Positions 1 to 11,642 are shown, numbered from the stretch's first letter. The stretch is 64,000 nucleotides of DNA from an uncultured Chloroflexia bacterium (GCA_963700285.1 CAVOXA010000004.1:1-64000), one strand, 5' to 3'. The notes: generated from the letters alone by a model not told the origin. Numbers and translations are program-made.

Positions 1-1707
1 GAGCTGGGCGTTGAGGTCGTGCTGCCGTAGGGCGCGGGCGGCAAAGGCGCGCAGGTCCTCCAGCAGGCGGGCCACAGTATAGTGGGCGCCCCATTGCTCC
101 GGCAAGGCGCCGGCGGCCTCGGCCAAGGAGCGCTGGCGGACCTCCGGCTCCATGCCCGGTAGCTCTCCCTTTGCCGTTCCCTTCCCGATCGTCGGCCGCC
201 GCATGTCCCGCTTTGCCCAGGATGCCCGCAGGCGCTCCTTGACCCGCACCAGGCTGCCCACCTCGGCCACGTTGGCGGTTCCGTCCGAGTACCTGTCGCA
301 TCACGTCCTCTCCTCCCTGTCGTCCCGTACTGGGCCAGGAACTGCCGCCGGGCGCCATCCGGGCAGCACGGCGTCGGCCACCACCAGGTTGACCTGGTTG
401 ATGCGGGTCTCGTCAATACCCTCGCCGCCTCGGCGCCCGGCCCTTGATGTAGAGGGACAGCCCGGCCAGTTGCACGGCCCGCAGGTCGATGTCCACGCCG
501 TAAAGGTTGTGGCGCAGGATGCCAGCCGGTACCTCCTCGTCAGGCAGGGCGTCGGCGCCACCGAACCATCTTCGCTTCGTGCCTCTGTGAGATTTCCTGG
601 TAGACCTCGAAGGCGTAATGCCCAAAGTGATGGTCCCACAGGCGGGATTGAGAGGCCGATGTCCTGAGGACGCTTCGCCGCCCGCCGCGCCGGGGCCAGG
701 GGGTTGTTCACCGGCGACGCCGGATCCAGCGCCAATCCACCCGCCCCCGCTCTCCCCCTCTCCCCCTTTCCCCTCCCCCCGTCTCCCCCTCCTCCGCCCC
801 CAGCGGCTCCGGCACGAGATAGTCGCACTTTTCCCGCACCCGCGCCGAATCCGGGTGCATTTCCAGCCAGAGGCGGCCCAGGGTGTTGTCCACCAGGAAC
901 TTGACGCACCCAGCGCGGGGTGAAGAACTGGTTGATGACGGCGACCTCGGCCGGGCGTCGCGGCTTGCCCCGCTTGCGGATGGCCTCTTTCTGCTCGGCG
1001 TTGTAGAACTGGTAGAGCCAGCCGATGATCTCGTCCTCCAGCCGCAGGCTGGGCCTGTGTTGCCGGCACGCTCGTCCAGGTCATTGACGGCAGCAACGCA
1101 ACTCCGCAACGCGGTGTGGCTGGGCCAGATGAGCGTGTTGACCGGCGCCGCGCGGCCTTCGCCGGAATGGCCGCCCAGGCCGTCCGCAGGGTCCCCCACG
1201 TCAAACAGCAGCCGAAAGTCACGGTAGACCAGACGGCTAACCTGGCGGATGGCCTCGCCCAGGCCCTCGTCGGGACCGCGGCACAGCTCGGGGTGGCTGT
1301 TGCGCAAGTCATAGTGCGCTCGGCTGCGCCCGCCGTAGGCATCTCGCGTCGTATCCCTCGGGGATCAGGCCGCGCACCTCCAGCGCCTTGAGGGCCACCA
1401 GCCGGTTGAGGTGGGTGTAGGCGATCTCGCGCACGAACCAGCCCACCGCCTCCTCGCGCTGTTTGGCAGTGGCCTCCCCCGGGTCGCCTACGCCCATGCG
1501 ACGCAGCTCCTGAGCCAGGGCGGTATCCATCCGCTGCCGCTGGGCCATCGCCGCGTCGTCGTCCCAGATGTGGGGCAGCTTTTCGGGCTCGATCCAGCGG
1601 CCGCCGGCGTAGCCGTAGCGCCGGAGCTGGGTGTCGATGTCGTCCTCCAGGGTGTGGCGCAGCTCGAGGACGAGGGCTTTGATGGCGCGTTTGGCTCCTT
1701 GGTTCAC
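1..1707 (-). CDS. pglX: BREX adenine-specific DNA methyltransferase PglX/BrxX, N-terminal part (frameshifted, runs off the window edge)
   Basis: GTG at 1707 with GGAGG upstream. Stitched frames give REIAYTHLNRLVALKALEVRGL, DEIIGWLYQFYN, NQFFTPR..VKFLVDNTLG, a PACGT SAM-binding motif and HNLYGVDIDLRAVQLA. Lies downstream of brxABC. Confidence 0.85.
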
Positions 1708-1711
1708 AGGT

Positions 1712-2623
1712 TCACCTCCGGGTCTGGCCACGACGGGAATCGGCCAGTATACCCTCCACCACATGGTGATAGATGCGACTCTCGCGCCGGTAGGGATCGG
1801 CGGCCAGGCGCGCCTCCTCGGGGGTCAGCTCATCAAGGAAGGCGTAGGCATCCTGTATCGTCTGTATGATGGTGTCAGCGGCGACCAACTGCTCGCGGCG
1901 CACCAGACGCTTCAGGTCCGCCCATTCGTAGCGGGCTGATGGCAAGCCAACCAGAAAAGCCCCGGGATCGAAGGCGTAGCGGCTCTCCCAGCACTTGAGG
2001 ACGGCGATCCTGCGGACCAGAGCGCGGTCGTAAGGCCGTTGGGCCAGCAGGAACAGGTCATAGATGTCGCGGACGCGGCTGCGCTGGACGGCGGCGCGTA
2101 CCTTTTCGCCGACCATCTCGTGCAGGTCCAATGCCGGCACGACCGGCGGAGCCGTCTCCATCCACTCGAAGTAGCGCTCCTGGCACAACGTCGCCGGCTG
2201 GACCGGCAGCAACGGTTGGCCACGAAAGCTGATCTGCAGGCCCAGACGACCGGCCGCAACCCACTCGTGACCGTAGGTCACCTCCGCCCCACAGGAGTCG
2301 ACGGTCGCATAGTAGTCAGAGCTGGGAACGGTGAAGGCAAGCCCGTAGTAGGTCCTTCCGTGCAACACCTCGACCAGGTCGAGTACGAAGCCATCGGGCG
2401 TTGTCTCGCCGAGAGCGGTAAAATCCAGGTCCAGGCTGAAGCGTCCCGTCTGGCCCAGGTGCAGCTTGCGGATGGCCGTACCCCCCTTGAACGCCAGCCG
2501 ATCGAGCAGGTCTTCCTCAGACAGGATCCGGAGCAGGTAGGTCAGGACGATCTCTCGCTCGGCTATGTCGAGGTCCACACCGGCGTCGGCGGCGTACCAC
2601 TGCACCAGCCGCTTTTCGATCAT
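1712..2623 (-). CDS. abiEii: AbiEii/AbiGii-family nucleotidyltransferase toxin (type IV TA)
   Basis: FKGGTAIRK..RFSLDLDF motif, EKVRA and RVRDIYDL motifs. Start overlaps the antitoxin stop. Confidence 0.9.
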   Translation of the reverse strand: MIEKRLVQWYAADAGVDLDIAEREIVLTYLLRILSEEDLLDRLAFKGGTAIRKLHLGQTGRFSLDLDFTALGETTPDGFVLDLVEVLHGRTYYGLAFTVPSSDYYATVDSCGAEVTYGHEWVAAGRLGLQISFRGQPLLPVQPATLCQERYFEWMETAPPVVPALDLHEMVGEKVRAAVQRSRVRDIYDLFLLAQRPYDRALVRRIAVLKCWESRYAFDPGAFLVGLPSARYEWADLKRLVRREQLVAADTIIQTIQDAYAFLDELTPEEARLAADPYRRESRIYHHVVEGILADSRRGQTRR

Positions 2624-3453
2624 CAGTGCACCTCGATCTCGGACAGTAGCTCTCGGCTGGGCACATTGTCTACGACGCGCCAGGTAGGATCATAATCTCC
2701 GCCGGTCCCCCAGCGACCTGGCCGCCCCAGATAGGGCGTGTTCCGGCCGATGCCTGCCATGAGTTGCGCTCTGGCAGGGCCTTCTATTGGCAGCGACAAC
2801 AGGTCGGCCAGGTAGCCCAGGCGTTGTACCAACGACTGGGAACGGAACCGCAGCGCATAGCCGGCCAGGCGGTCCCAATCCAGGTGGCCCTGGCCCCGGC
2901 GCAGCATGGCCGCGATCTCGGGCAGGTCGCCCGCGTAGGCCGGACGGTCGAGCGCGTCCACAATCGTCTTCTCCGGCTCGGCCATCATGACCCTGCTGCC
3001 ATAGGCATCCACCTCGGCCGCGCCAAAGAACTTGTGGTCCGCCTGAACCACCAGGCGATAGGCCTTGCCCCGCACGGTGAGCAGTCGCCTGGCCTTGCGC
3101 ACCGGAGTCGCAATGTAGACTGTCGCCGCCGCCTGCGGGGACAGTCCGTGGAAAAAGGCCGCAGTCGCGAACGAAAAGTAGTAGGGCTCCACCAGGATTC
3201 TGCCGAGAAAGAGGGGATTGGTGTCGGGAAAGGCGTGCTGACCCCGCTCGGCCGGGATCAGTTCATAGGTGCCAGGGGTGATGGGCGCCAACCAACGGCG
3301 GCGCGCCAGGCGGTGTAACACCTGGCGGGCGTGGTCGTAGGAGCAGTCCAGAATGGCCATAGCTTGCTCGATGGTGACCACCGGCTGCTTCTCCCATTCC
3401 AGGTGCAGGACAAGCCTGGATTCGAGCGGTGAGAGCGGTCGCGCTACTGGCAT
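2623..3453 (-). CDS. abiEi: AbiEi-family antitoxin / wHTH transcriptional regulator
   Basis: N-terminal wHTH (ARQVLHRLARRRWL..GTY), YFSFATAAFFHGL and EPEKTIVDALDRP motifs. Translationally coupled to the toxin. Confidence 0.88.
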   Translation of the reverse strand: MPVARPLSPLESRLVLHLEWEKQPVVTIEQAMAILDCSYDHARQVLHRLARRRWLAPITPGTYELIPAERGQHAFPDTNPLFLGRILVEPYYFSFATAAFFHGLSPQAAATVYIATPVRKARRLLTVRGKAYRLVVQADHKFFGAAEVDAYGSRVMMAEPEKTIVDALDRPAYAGDLPEIAAMLRRGQGHLDWDRLAGYALRFRSQSLVQRLGYLADLLSLPIEGPARAQLMAGIGRNTPYLGRPGRWGTGGDYDPTWRVVDNVPSRELLSEIEVH

Positions 3454-3476
3454 CGCCAGCCCCTTACATAGATTCT

Positions 3477-3505
3477 CACTTTGTGACGCAAATAGTCACA
3501 AAGTG
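3477..3505. promoter_or_regulatory. Perfect 11-bp inverted repeat, probable AbiEi autoregulatory operator
   Basis: CACTTTGTGAC-gcaaata-GTCACAAAGTG between the promoter and the abiEi start. AbiEi proteins are known to bind inverted repeats at their own promoter. Confidence 0.7.
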
Positions 3506-3520
3506 GTTTCTTCCTAAGTA

Positions 3521-3549
3521 AATATAGCAGACTTTGGTCTGAAGGGCAA
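3521..3549 (-). promoter_or_regulatory. Sigma70-type promoter of abiEi-abiEii(-pglX)
   Basis: TTGCCC-17-TATATT with extended TG on the minus strand. Confidence 0.65.
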
Positions 3550-3687
3550 GCGGGGGGCCACCGAGCATCAGGGTTGCTGCAAAGTCGTCAGAGTTGCTGA
3601 TCGCCCCGCCGTGAACAGATGTTCCGACACATTTCCCCCTTTCGCTGCAGCTCGGCCACCAGGCCACGCCGCGCGGCCCCCAGGAGG

Positions 3688-6600
3688 CTAAATCAACTCC
3701 ACGATCTCTGCCTTCTCCAGCGCCTCATCAATGACCTGGCCGAGATCCGCCAGCGCTGCGTTGCGGCCAGCCTCGTCACGGATCTGGCGCTTGCCCAGCA
3801 CCGACGCCAAGGACACGTACTCCACCACGGTACCGGCGTGGTCCTCCTGCTTCAACCGCGCCTGTCGCTCGCGTACAAGCCGCTGGCTGGTAACAGTGGG
3901 AATGGCCAGGATGTGCGTAGGCAGCTCGTGGAGAGCTGCCTGGCACTCGCCACATGCCAGACCATCTGGCGCCCAGCGGAGGCCAGGGCAGCCGTAGGGA
4001 TTGAGAACCGCCGCCGAGATCTGGGCGCCCTCCAGATCTGTCCCGTGCCCCTTCGAGTGCCTCTGCCCGTTGACTGTGCAGGGCCTCGTAGGCTTGCTGG
4101 AACTGCGTCTTGAGCGGAGTGTGGATCGCCTGGAACTGGGGCCATTCTTCGGCAACCTCTCCGGCCGCCATCATGTCGACCAGACCTTCCCGCCATTCGA
4201 ATGCCTGGGCGCCCAACTGCTCGGCGGCTTCAGGCACCTCACGGGCGCGATTGACCGCGGCTGCCAGCCGCCTGGCCCGTTCAAAGATGGGCAACTGCTT
4301 GTCCAGGACCACGAACTTGTGGAGCGCGTGCGCCCGCTGATGCCATGCCTGGATGGCCGCAAGGTTCTCCAGGAAGGCCTTGACGACCTGGCCGGGGTTG
4401 CTGAAGCGTGTCACCTGTCTTACCAACTCGCGGGCCCCCGTCAGGGCTTCCGGCACAGGATAGCCGGCCGGCCGGAGCTGCAGGATCAGCCGTTCGGTCC
4501 GGCTATCCCACTCATGCAATGCCTCCCGAATCTGCCCGGCGATGACGTTGGCCGTCTCCTCTTTGGGCAGCGTGCCAAATAGTACCTTCAGCTTCGGCCT
4601 GCGCCTGGCGCAACTCGCCCGGCTCCACCGGCACGTCGGGATCGTAGACGATGAGTGCCCGCCTGAAAGGATGTGTCTTGAACACCGCTTGGGCTGCCGG
4701 CGCCGTGTAGTCTGAATAGCGCACGTTGTTCTCCCGGAGGCTGATCAGGCCGGCCCGGAACATGGCGGCAAAGATCAGCCGCACGTTGGTCGGGTGCCAG
4801 CCATAGTCGCCGCCAGAAAAGTGGTCCTCCAGCGCCTTGCCCGTCATGTCCAGGCCCCGGTTGTGGCGCTGCAACAGCTCGCGCTTCACCTCATCCACGA
4901 CGGCGCTGTGCTGGTTCAGGTGCCCATCCTGATCGAATAGGTCCAGGTCACTCCCGACCGATGCCAGGGCGTAGGGCGCCACGGTCAGCGCGGCCTCGAT
5001 GTTCTTGTCCACAGGTTTGACGGCAGCCATCTCAAAACGAGGATAGACGTGCGGCACCACCTCAGCCAGGGCCCGATTAAAGATCGGGTTCAGGGTGGTC
5101 GTCCGCCCGTCCAGCTCTTCGGCCCGGCCGTTCCAGATCAACGCACCGTTGACCAGGGACCCACGCAGCGCTGATTCGATCTTGCTGCTCAGAGCGGCTA
5201 ATTCGTTGCTTTTCTCGCGGATGATCTCCCGGTCCTCATCGGTCTTGGCTGCCTTGTCCTGCCATTTGCCAAGTACGGCCTCGAGACGGATCTGCCGGGT
5301 CAACAGCGACCTCAACGCTGGTTCCGCTGCGCCAACCCAGTATACCGTCTCGGGATGCGAGAAGCTGTGGATCTGCTCCAGATCATCCGCGCTGAAATCA
5401 GGATCGAGTTCCTGGTAGAGGGGCGAGTAGACCTCCAGGACCATGCCCTCGCCGGTCCTGAACTCCTCACCATCCCCCGTCACCGTCACGTCGAAGGAAC
5501 GCATGCCGCTCTTGTAGTTGAGGCTGCCGATAGGCCGCAACAACTCGGCCAGGGCCGCACGCGCCGCCCGTCGCAGGTCGATCTGCCGGACTCTTACGCC
5601 AGCCAGCTCCTCCTCGAAACCCTTCTTGGCCCCCGTGAGGAACTCCCAGGTATCGTCCTCTCGCGCCACCACGTACCGTGCATCGCGCAGTCTGGCCAGG
5701 CTGGACTCAACCTCGGCCTTGAGTGCAGAGGGCGCGGTCTCTACCTCGCGGATCAGCGCCTGGGTCAGGGTATCGGTGGTAATGGCGATCCAGGGTACCG
5801 CCTGTAGCAGGTACAGGACCTTGAGCACGCGGCTGTCCAAGTTGCGGTAGCCTGGCAGTTGGTCGGGTAGCCGATCCACCTCTCGCTTGTCCTGGGGCTG
5901 AAGATCCACAGCGATCTGGTCGTAGACCATGTCGAGCGACACCAATTGGCCCAACGGCCCGCTCAAGAACCCGTTGTTCGGATTTCGCAGCACGCCCTGG
6001 GCCATGCCAATCATGCTCCGCGCCTCCGAAGTCATCTGAAAGCCGGTGGCCGTGCTGCTCTTGACCTGCTCAAAGATGGCCTGGATGAGGGGCGGATGGT
6101 AGGGCAGAAAGGGTGTGTCGGACACGAAACTGTCGCCTGTCATAGCCGGTAGATCGTGGCTGCTCCCGGGCAGAGCGGACAGTCCAGTCAGGAGGCCCGC
6201 ATGGTCCTGGTAGTAGCCTTCAAGCTCGGGCACGCGCTCAGCGTCCTTCTTCAAGATACGCTCTTCGAGCACGCGCTCCACGTCGTCGCTGGTCAGAGCC
6301 AGACGGGTGTCAAAGCGCGCGCCGATCTTGCCAAAGGAATCCCTGACCTGCTGCACGCCGGCGATGACGGCATCCAATTTGGCCTGGGCGGTGACGATCA
6401 ACCACAGCTTGCCCTTGCCCTCGGTACCGAACTCCTCGGCGATGGACTGCAGCTCCAAGAGTTTCTGTGCATCGTCGCCGACGAACTGGCCGATCTCGTC
6501 CAGGATGAACACCAGGTGCGGCGGACGTTCGGGATCGCCCTGGGCCGCCAGCCCGTCGACGTACTCGCTCAGGTGCCGCGCCAGGTCTTTGATGGTGAGG

Positions 6601-7346
6601 GACGGTACTTCGATGGCCCGGCGAAAGGCATCCCGTGCCTCCTCGCGGGTTGTGTATCGCTGGGGAGCCACGGCCTGGAGCGCCTCCACGACGGCCGATT
6701 CGACAAAGAGGACATCGTCACGCTCCTCTTCCCAGGGATTGCCAGTCCGATTCAGCACCTCACCCTTGAATGCCTGGTACAGGTCGCGTTCGATCAGCTC
6801 CATCTCCAGACGGGCCACGCCTGGTTCGGTGCTCAATCCCCGATGCGCCAGGTAAGCGCGATACAGGATCTGGCTGACGCCTTCATCCTGTCGCACCTGG
6901 TCCTGCTCAGCCTTGATATTGAACATGATGACCCGGCTGTCAAGCATGCGAAGCCGGTGCAGGAGGGCCTCAATCTCGGCCCGGCGGGGGCTTGTCCCTA
7001 GGCGATCCAGGAACACATCTCTCGCACGACGACCCTGAAGGTGCTTGGGGATCGGCGATTCAGCAGCCAGTACCGGGTTGCGCAGCAGGTAGCTCAGGAT
7101 CTTGGCAAAGTGGGACTTGCCTGACCCAAAGAAGCCGGATATCCAAACCCCGATCCGGTCGGTTTGGGCCAACCGCGAGTCCGCATATGCCTCGAGAAAC
7201 TGGCCCAATCCTTCTTCGATGGAGTGCGTGGGCACGTACTCGCCCAATTCCGTCGCCACAGTCAAAGCACCAGTGTCCGACACCTTGGCTACAGGTGCTA
7301 TCACTCGATCCAGGGGGTAGACAAAAAGGTCACGGAGTTTCGTCAT
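3688..7346 (-). CDS. brxC: BREX P-loop ATPase BrxC (~1200 aa, frameshifts near 4.55 kb and 4.05 kb)
   Basis: GVWISGFFGSGKSHF Walker A, LVFILDEIGQF Walker B, WLIVTAQ and YGW motifs. C-terminus continues in ORFs 3776-4519 and 3688-4155, ending LEKAEIVELI. Confidence 0.9.
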
Positions 7347-7360
7347 CTGTCACTCCTGTG

Positions 7361-7918
7361 CTATACCAAATCGCGAGTGCGGTAGGTGCCACTGGCACGA
7401 CGGCCAAGCAGCAGCAGTTCGCCGTCGACGCTCACTTCCCCGGGATAGAAGAGCACCAGGGCCGTCGGGGAGGTGATCTGATTGGTTATATCATGCAGCA
7501 CCCCGGCCAGGCTCAGGTAGGGGTAGACTAAGGCGGTATCCACGACAAAGATGATCCCGTCTCCAGGGAGCCGGTCAGCGGCCTGTAGAAGACGTTCAAC
7601 CATCTCTTTGCGCGCATGAGGGCCCATACTGCGCTGGAGCCATTCAGGCTCGGTCTTTTCCAGTTCAAAGAGCCGCTCCAGCCGCCCTTGCCGCTCGTAG
7701 TGGGCAAAGATGGCCCCCTTGCAGGACACGGTGACGGCGGGAATCCCTTGGCTTTCCAGGACGCGGATTAGCGTATCGCGCTGGCGGCCACAGGATTCCT
7801 CTTCCTCAGGACGGTACACCAGGCGGAGGAAGGGCACCCCTGTGTTTTGGGCGAGCGTATCGCGGTGGTGGAGAAGCAGGGTTTCCAGCTCGTCAAACTT
7901 GTCCTGTAAGGGCCTCAA
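7361..7918 (-). CDS. brxB: BREX protein BrxB (DUF1788)
   Basis: TTG start with GGAGG overlapping the brxA end. LVYRPEEE, LVYPYL, LVLFYPG..LLLG..YRTR pattern and position between brxA and brxC. Confidence 0.85.
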   Translation of the reverse strand: MRPLQDKFDELETLLLHHRDTLAQNTGVPFLRLVYRPEEEESCGRQRDTLIRVLESQGIPAVTVSCKGAIFAHYERQGRLERLFELEKTEPEWLQRSMGPHARKEMVERLLQAADRLPGDGIIFVVDTALVYPYLSLAGVLHDITNQITSPTALVLFYPGEVSVDGELLLLGRRASGTYRTRDLV

Positions 7919-8681
7919 CGCATGCCTCCAAGGTTGGATAAGTCCAGTCCAGATCCATGACATCGGCTTGGTGCTTAAAGGTACAATGCCCCTCGGCTGT
8001 GGACTCTTCCAGTAGATCGATCACATCCTCCCGTTCCAAGAGGAATAACCGCCACGTCTCAGCGTTCACCGCAGCAGGGGCAGATGTCAGTGCCTGATCA
8101 CGCAGCCGGTATAGAACGTAGACAAAGGCCGGCAAGGGCACGTACAGGCGGGCGAATGTCTTGCGCTGCGTGCCCTCCAACAGACCAAAATCGCGCAGGA
8201 TCGACAGGATGTTGCTGACCACCTTGTCCCGTGTCTGGGGCGACCAATCCGTGATCTCGGGATGACCCAGAACCAGCTCATCAAAGAAGGTCTGGACATC
8301 CGACTTGCTAACGCCGCTGAACCCATCAAGGTAGCGGGGGTAGACACATTGGAGGACCGTGTCATGGAGCAGGGGTTCCGACCGGCAGAACTCGTAGAAA
8401 AGAACCAGGCGCGAAGTAGATGCGTGATGGCTGTGAGTCACCATTTGTGCCAGAGGGGCGACGAGATCCTGGTCTGTCAGATAACGGCCATAGACCTTTT
8501 TCCAGACGGTCTGGCGGGTCGCCTGTGTAGTCTTCTGTAGTAAATCTTGCTCGAGGGTACGCTCCCGGACCTCATCTAGGGAATACCCTCCGTCGATTTC
8601 CCGCAGCACAGCCAAGCTCTCGTCCACCAATGCGCCTTTGCTGGAGAGATTGCTGGTATAGACAGGGTTGGGGAGATCCAT
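7893..8681 (-). CDS. brxA: BREX protein BrxA (DUF1819)
   Basis: ATG at 8681 with GAGGAG. YTSNLSSKGAL..WSPQTRDKVVSNILSILRDFGLLEG motif. First gene of the operon. Confidence 0.85.
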   Translation of the reverse strand: MDLPNPVYTSNLSSKGALVDESLAVLREIDGGYSLDEVRERTLEQDLLQKTTQATRQTVWKKVYGRYLTDQDLVAPLAQMVTHSHHASTSRLVLFYEFCRSEPLLHDTVLQCVYPRYLDGFSGVSKSDVQTFFDELVLGHPEITDWSPQTRDKVVSNILSILRDFGLLEGTQRKTFARLYVPLPAFVYVLYRLRDQALTSAPAAVNAETWRLFLLEREDVIDLLEESTAEGHCTFKHQADVMDLDWTYPTLEACVEALTGQV

Positions 8682-8847
8682 CCTCGCTCCTCGTCGTGGG
8701 TCCACAGCCAAAAGCAGAAACCCGTCCTTGCGCAGGACGGGCTCCTGTGGTAGACAATCCACACCTGGGCGCCCGCATCGCGCTGAGGTCATGCCTCGGG
8801 CTGGGCAACAGCCGCGAGGATTCCTCTTTCTATGAATAGCTAAGGCA

Positions 8848-8876
8848 ATTATACCACCGTTGATGGGGAAAGGCAA
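8848..8876 (-). promoter_or_regulatory. Sigma70 promoter of the BREX operon
   Basis: TTGCCT-17-TATAAT with extended TG. Confidence 0.65.
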
Positions 8877-9021
8877 AGAGTGGCCAAATTCGAACGAAAA
8901 GAGGATGGCTGATGACAGCCATCCTCTTTTTGAGGTCCGCAAGCCCACGGGCCGCCAACCCCGCCGGGAGTCTGTTCTCGTTGCGCGGCTGGGGGTACCT
9001 TCAGCAGAGCAACAAAGATGC

Positions 9022-10006
9022 CTAGACCACAACCTCCCGCGCCGCGCGGATGTTGGCCCAGGGCGCGTTCATCGGCGTCACGCAACCCGTGCCCAGGATA
9101 AAGCGCCGCCCGCCGGTCTGCTCCAGGGCATCGCGGGCCTCGGCCCGGACATCCTCGGGCGTCCCGCGGACCATCGTCTCCCACTGGCGCAGGCCGCCCA
9201 GCACCGCGCCCTTGACCCGTGCCTTGCCCTCGCCCAGAGTGGGCGGCGTCTCGCGGTCGTGCCAGTTGACGACCTGGACCGGGTAGTCGGCCACCAGGTC
9301 GAACATCACCCGCGTGCCGTGCAGGTGCAGCACGTTCAACCACAGCCCATCGGCGGCCTCTAGCAGGCGGCGGTCCGAAGGGATGCCGAAAGTACCATAC
9401 TCGTCCTCGTTCAGCAGCGCATAGCTGGCGTGCTGCACCGCCAAAAAGATGCCCGAGATGCCCCGCTGGCGCGCCGCCTCGATAAAGCGCACCGTCGTCT
9501 CGGTGATCGTCTCCAGCCCGGCCAAGACGGCTGCCGGGTCCTCGCGCAGGTGGGCCGTCAGCCTGTCCCTGCCCACCAGGTTCTTGGCACTGGGACAGCC
9601 CGTTAAAGATGGTCTGGATAAAGGGCACCTCGTCGCCCAGCTCCTGGTGGATCAGCTCCAGGCAGCGGAGCTGGCCGCCCAGTACGCCCTGCTCCGGGTC
9701 CAGCACTTCCAGGGCGCGCCAGTCCTCCGGCGTCTGGATGGGATGGCGCGTGTACTGCCGCGTCCCCTCCTCGTTGCCCAACCACTCGTCCTCCACGCCC
9801 CAGTCGCGGGCGCAAAAGCTGCTGGCCGGCGTCACCTTGACAAAATCAAAGTCGTACTGCCGCTGAAAGGCCACCGTCGACGCGGCCAGCGCCTCCGGGA
9901 TCTGGTCGTCCCCCGGGAAATGTCGCCACAGGGCCACAGGCGTCCGGTCCGGCGCCTCGCCGCGGATGGCTGCTTCCAATCGCTCTCGCTTGCTCATCTC
10001 TGTCAT
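9022..10006 (-). CDS. Uroporphyrinogen decarboxylase (URO-D/MtaA) family protein, one frameshift near 9600
   Basis: MSKRERLEAAIRGEAPDRTPV start, LHLHG and FILGTGC..NIRAA end. Split between ORFs 8849-10006 and 9022-9576. Confidence 0.85.
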
Positions 10007-10298
10007 GGTCTGCTACCCTCCTGGGGCCATTCTGCCACAGACCCTGGTTTTCGGCAAGTGGGGTGATTGCTCGCATCTCACCGCAGAGACGCAGAGAACA
10101 CAGAGAAAAGCCAAAATGGCACCTCCACTGCCTGTCATTCCCGCGCGCCCCTAGCGGGAATCCATGCTACCGGTAACCGGCTCCAGTAGCCCTGGATGCC
10201 CGCTAGCACCCCTTCGGTTCCTCAGGGCAGGCATGCGGGCATGACAGGAACTCGGCGACCCATGGGATAGGATTGGCCTTAATCCCAGGGCAAGGGCC

Positions 10299-10327
10299 TT
10301 GCCCCTGGCTTGGTTCGGTGCTATAAT
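10299..10327 (+). promoter_or_regulatory. Sigma70 promoter of ychF
   Basis: TTGCCC-17-TATAAT with extended TG. Confidence 0.65.
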
Positions 10328-10367
10328 CAGGCGACGGCAGCAATTGGAGGCAAACAGGAGGCAACAC

Positions 10368-11487
10368 ATGAGCCTACAGATCGGCATCGTCGGGCTGCCC
10401 AACGTGGGCAAGAGCACCCTCTTCAACGCGCTGACCAGCGCCGGCGCGGCCGTGGCCAGCTACCCCTTCACCACCATCGACCCCAACGTCGGCGTCGTCG
10501 AGGTGCCCGACCCCCGCCTGCTGACCGTGGCCGCCATCGTCCAGCCCGACGAGGTCAAGCCCGCCACCATCGAGTTCGTGGACATCGCCGGGCTGGTCCA
10601 GGGCGCCCACAAGGGCGAGGGCCTGGGCAACCAGTTCCTGGGCCACATCCGCAACGTCGACGCCGTGGCCATGGTCGTACGCTGCTTCGAGGATCCCGAC
10701 GTGGCCCACGTCACCGCCGAGCTGGACCCGCTGGCTGACTGCGACGTCATCGACCTGGAGCTGGTCCTGGCCGACCTGGCCACCGTGGAACGCCGCGAGG
10801 AAAAGGTCCGCTCGGCGGCCAAGGCCCAGTCCCGGAGCACGCGCGCGAATTCGCGGCCGAGCTGGCGCTGCTGGAACGGCTGCAGCGCCCACCTGGGGAC
10901 GGGGCGCCTCGCTGCCCAGTTCCCCGCCTCGGACAAGGAGGCCGAGGCGCTGCAGCCGCTGAATCTGCTTGACCGCCAAGCCCCGCCTGTACGTCGCCAA
11001 CGTGGGCGAGGATGACCTGCCCGAGGGCGGCCCCCTGGCCGTACCCGTGGCCGAGCGTGCCGCGGTCAGAAGGCGCCCAGGTCGGTCGCCATCTGCGCCC
11101 AGTGCGAAGCCGACCTGGCCGACTGGCCGCCGGACGAAGCCGCCGAGTATCGCGCCGAGTTGGGCCTGGAGGCCTCCGGCCTGGAGCGGCTGATCCACAG
11201 CCAGCTATCGCCTGCTGGACCTGATCACCTTCTTCACCGCCACCGGCACCAACGTGGTCCGCGCCTGGACGCTGGAGCGGGGTCAGACGGCCTACGAGGC
11301 CGCGGGCAAGATCCACACCGACATGCAGCGGGGTTTCATCCGGGCCGAGGTAGTTGCCTACGCGGATCTGACCATCAGCCGCAGCTTTGCCCAGGCCCGC
11401 GAGCGCGGCCTGGTCCGCCTGGAAGGGCGCGACTATGTCGTGCAGGATGGCGACGTCATCCACATCCGCTTCTCGCCGCCGCGCTAG
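10368..11487 (+). CDS. ychF: Redox-regulated ATPase YchF (several frameshifts)
   Basis: [42 protein letters not shown] and TGS domain AGKIHTD..GFIRAE..YVVQDGD. Confidence 0.95.
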
Positions 11488-11642
11488 ATACAGGCAACGC
11501 CTTCTGCTCCCACTCTCTGCTCCCTCCGCGTCCGTGACCCGGAGGTCTGCGCTCATGTGAACAACCTTGCATCGGATCACGGATCCGATGCGAGCGAAAC
11601 GAGTGCCCCATCGCCTGCCCTACCCCACACACCCCACCCCGT

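Noticed and set aside
1-11487. Mass pseudogenisation of pglX, brxC, the UroD-family gene and ychF
   Set aside because: The breaks are scattered single-base indels that also hit conserved ychF, which points to long-read errors. Read polishing is needed to be sure.
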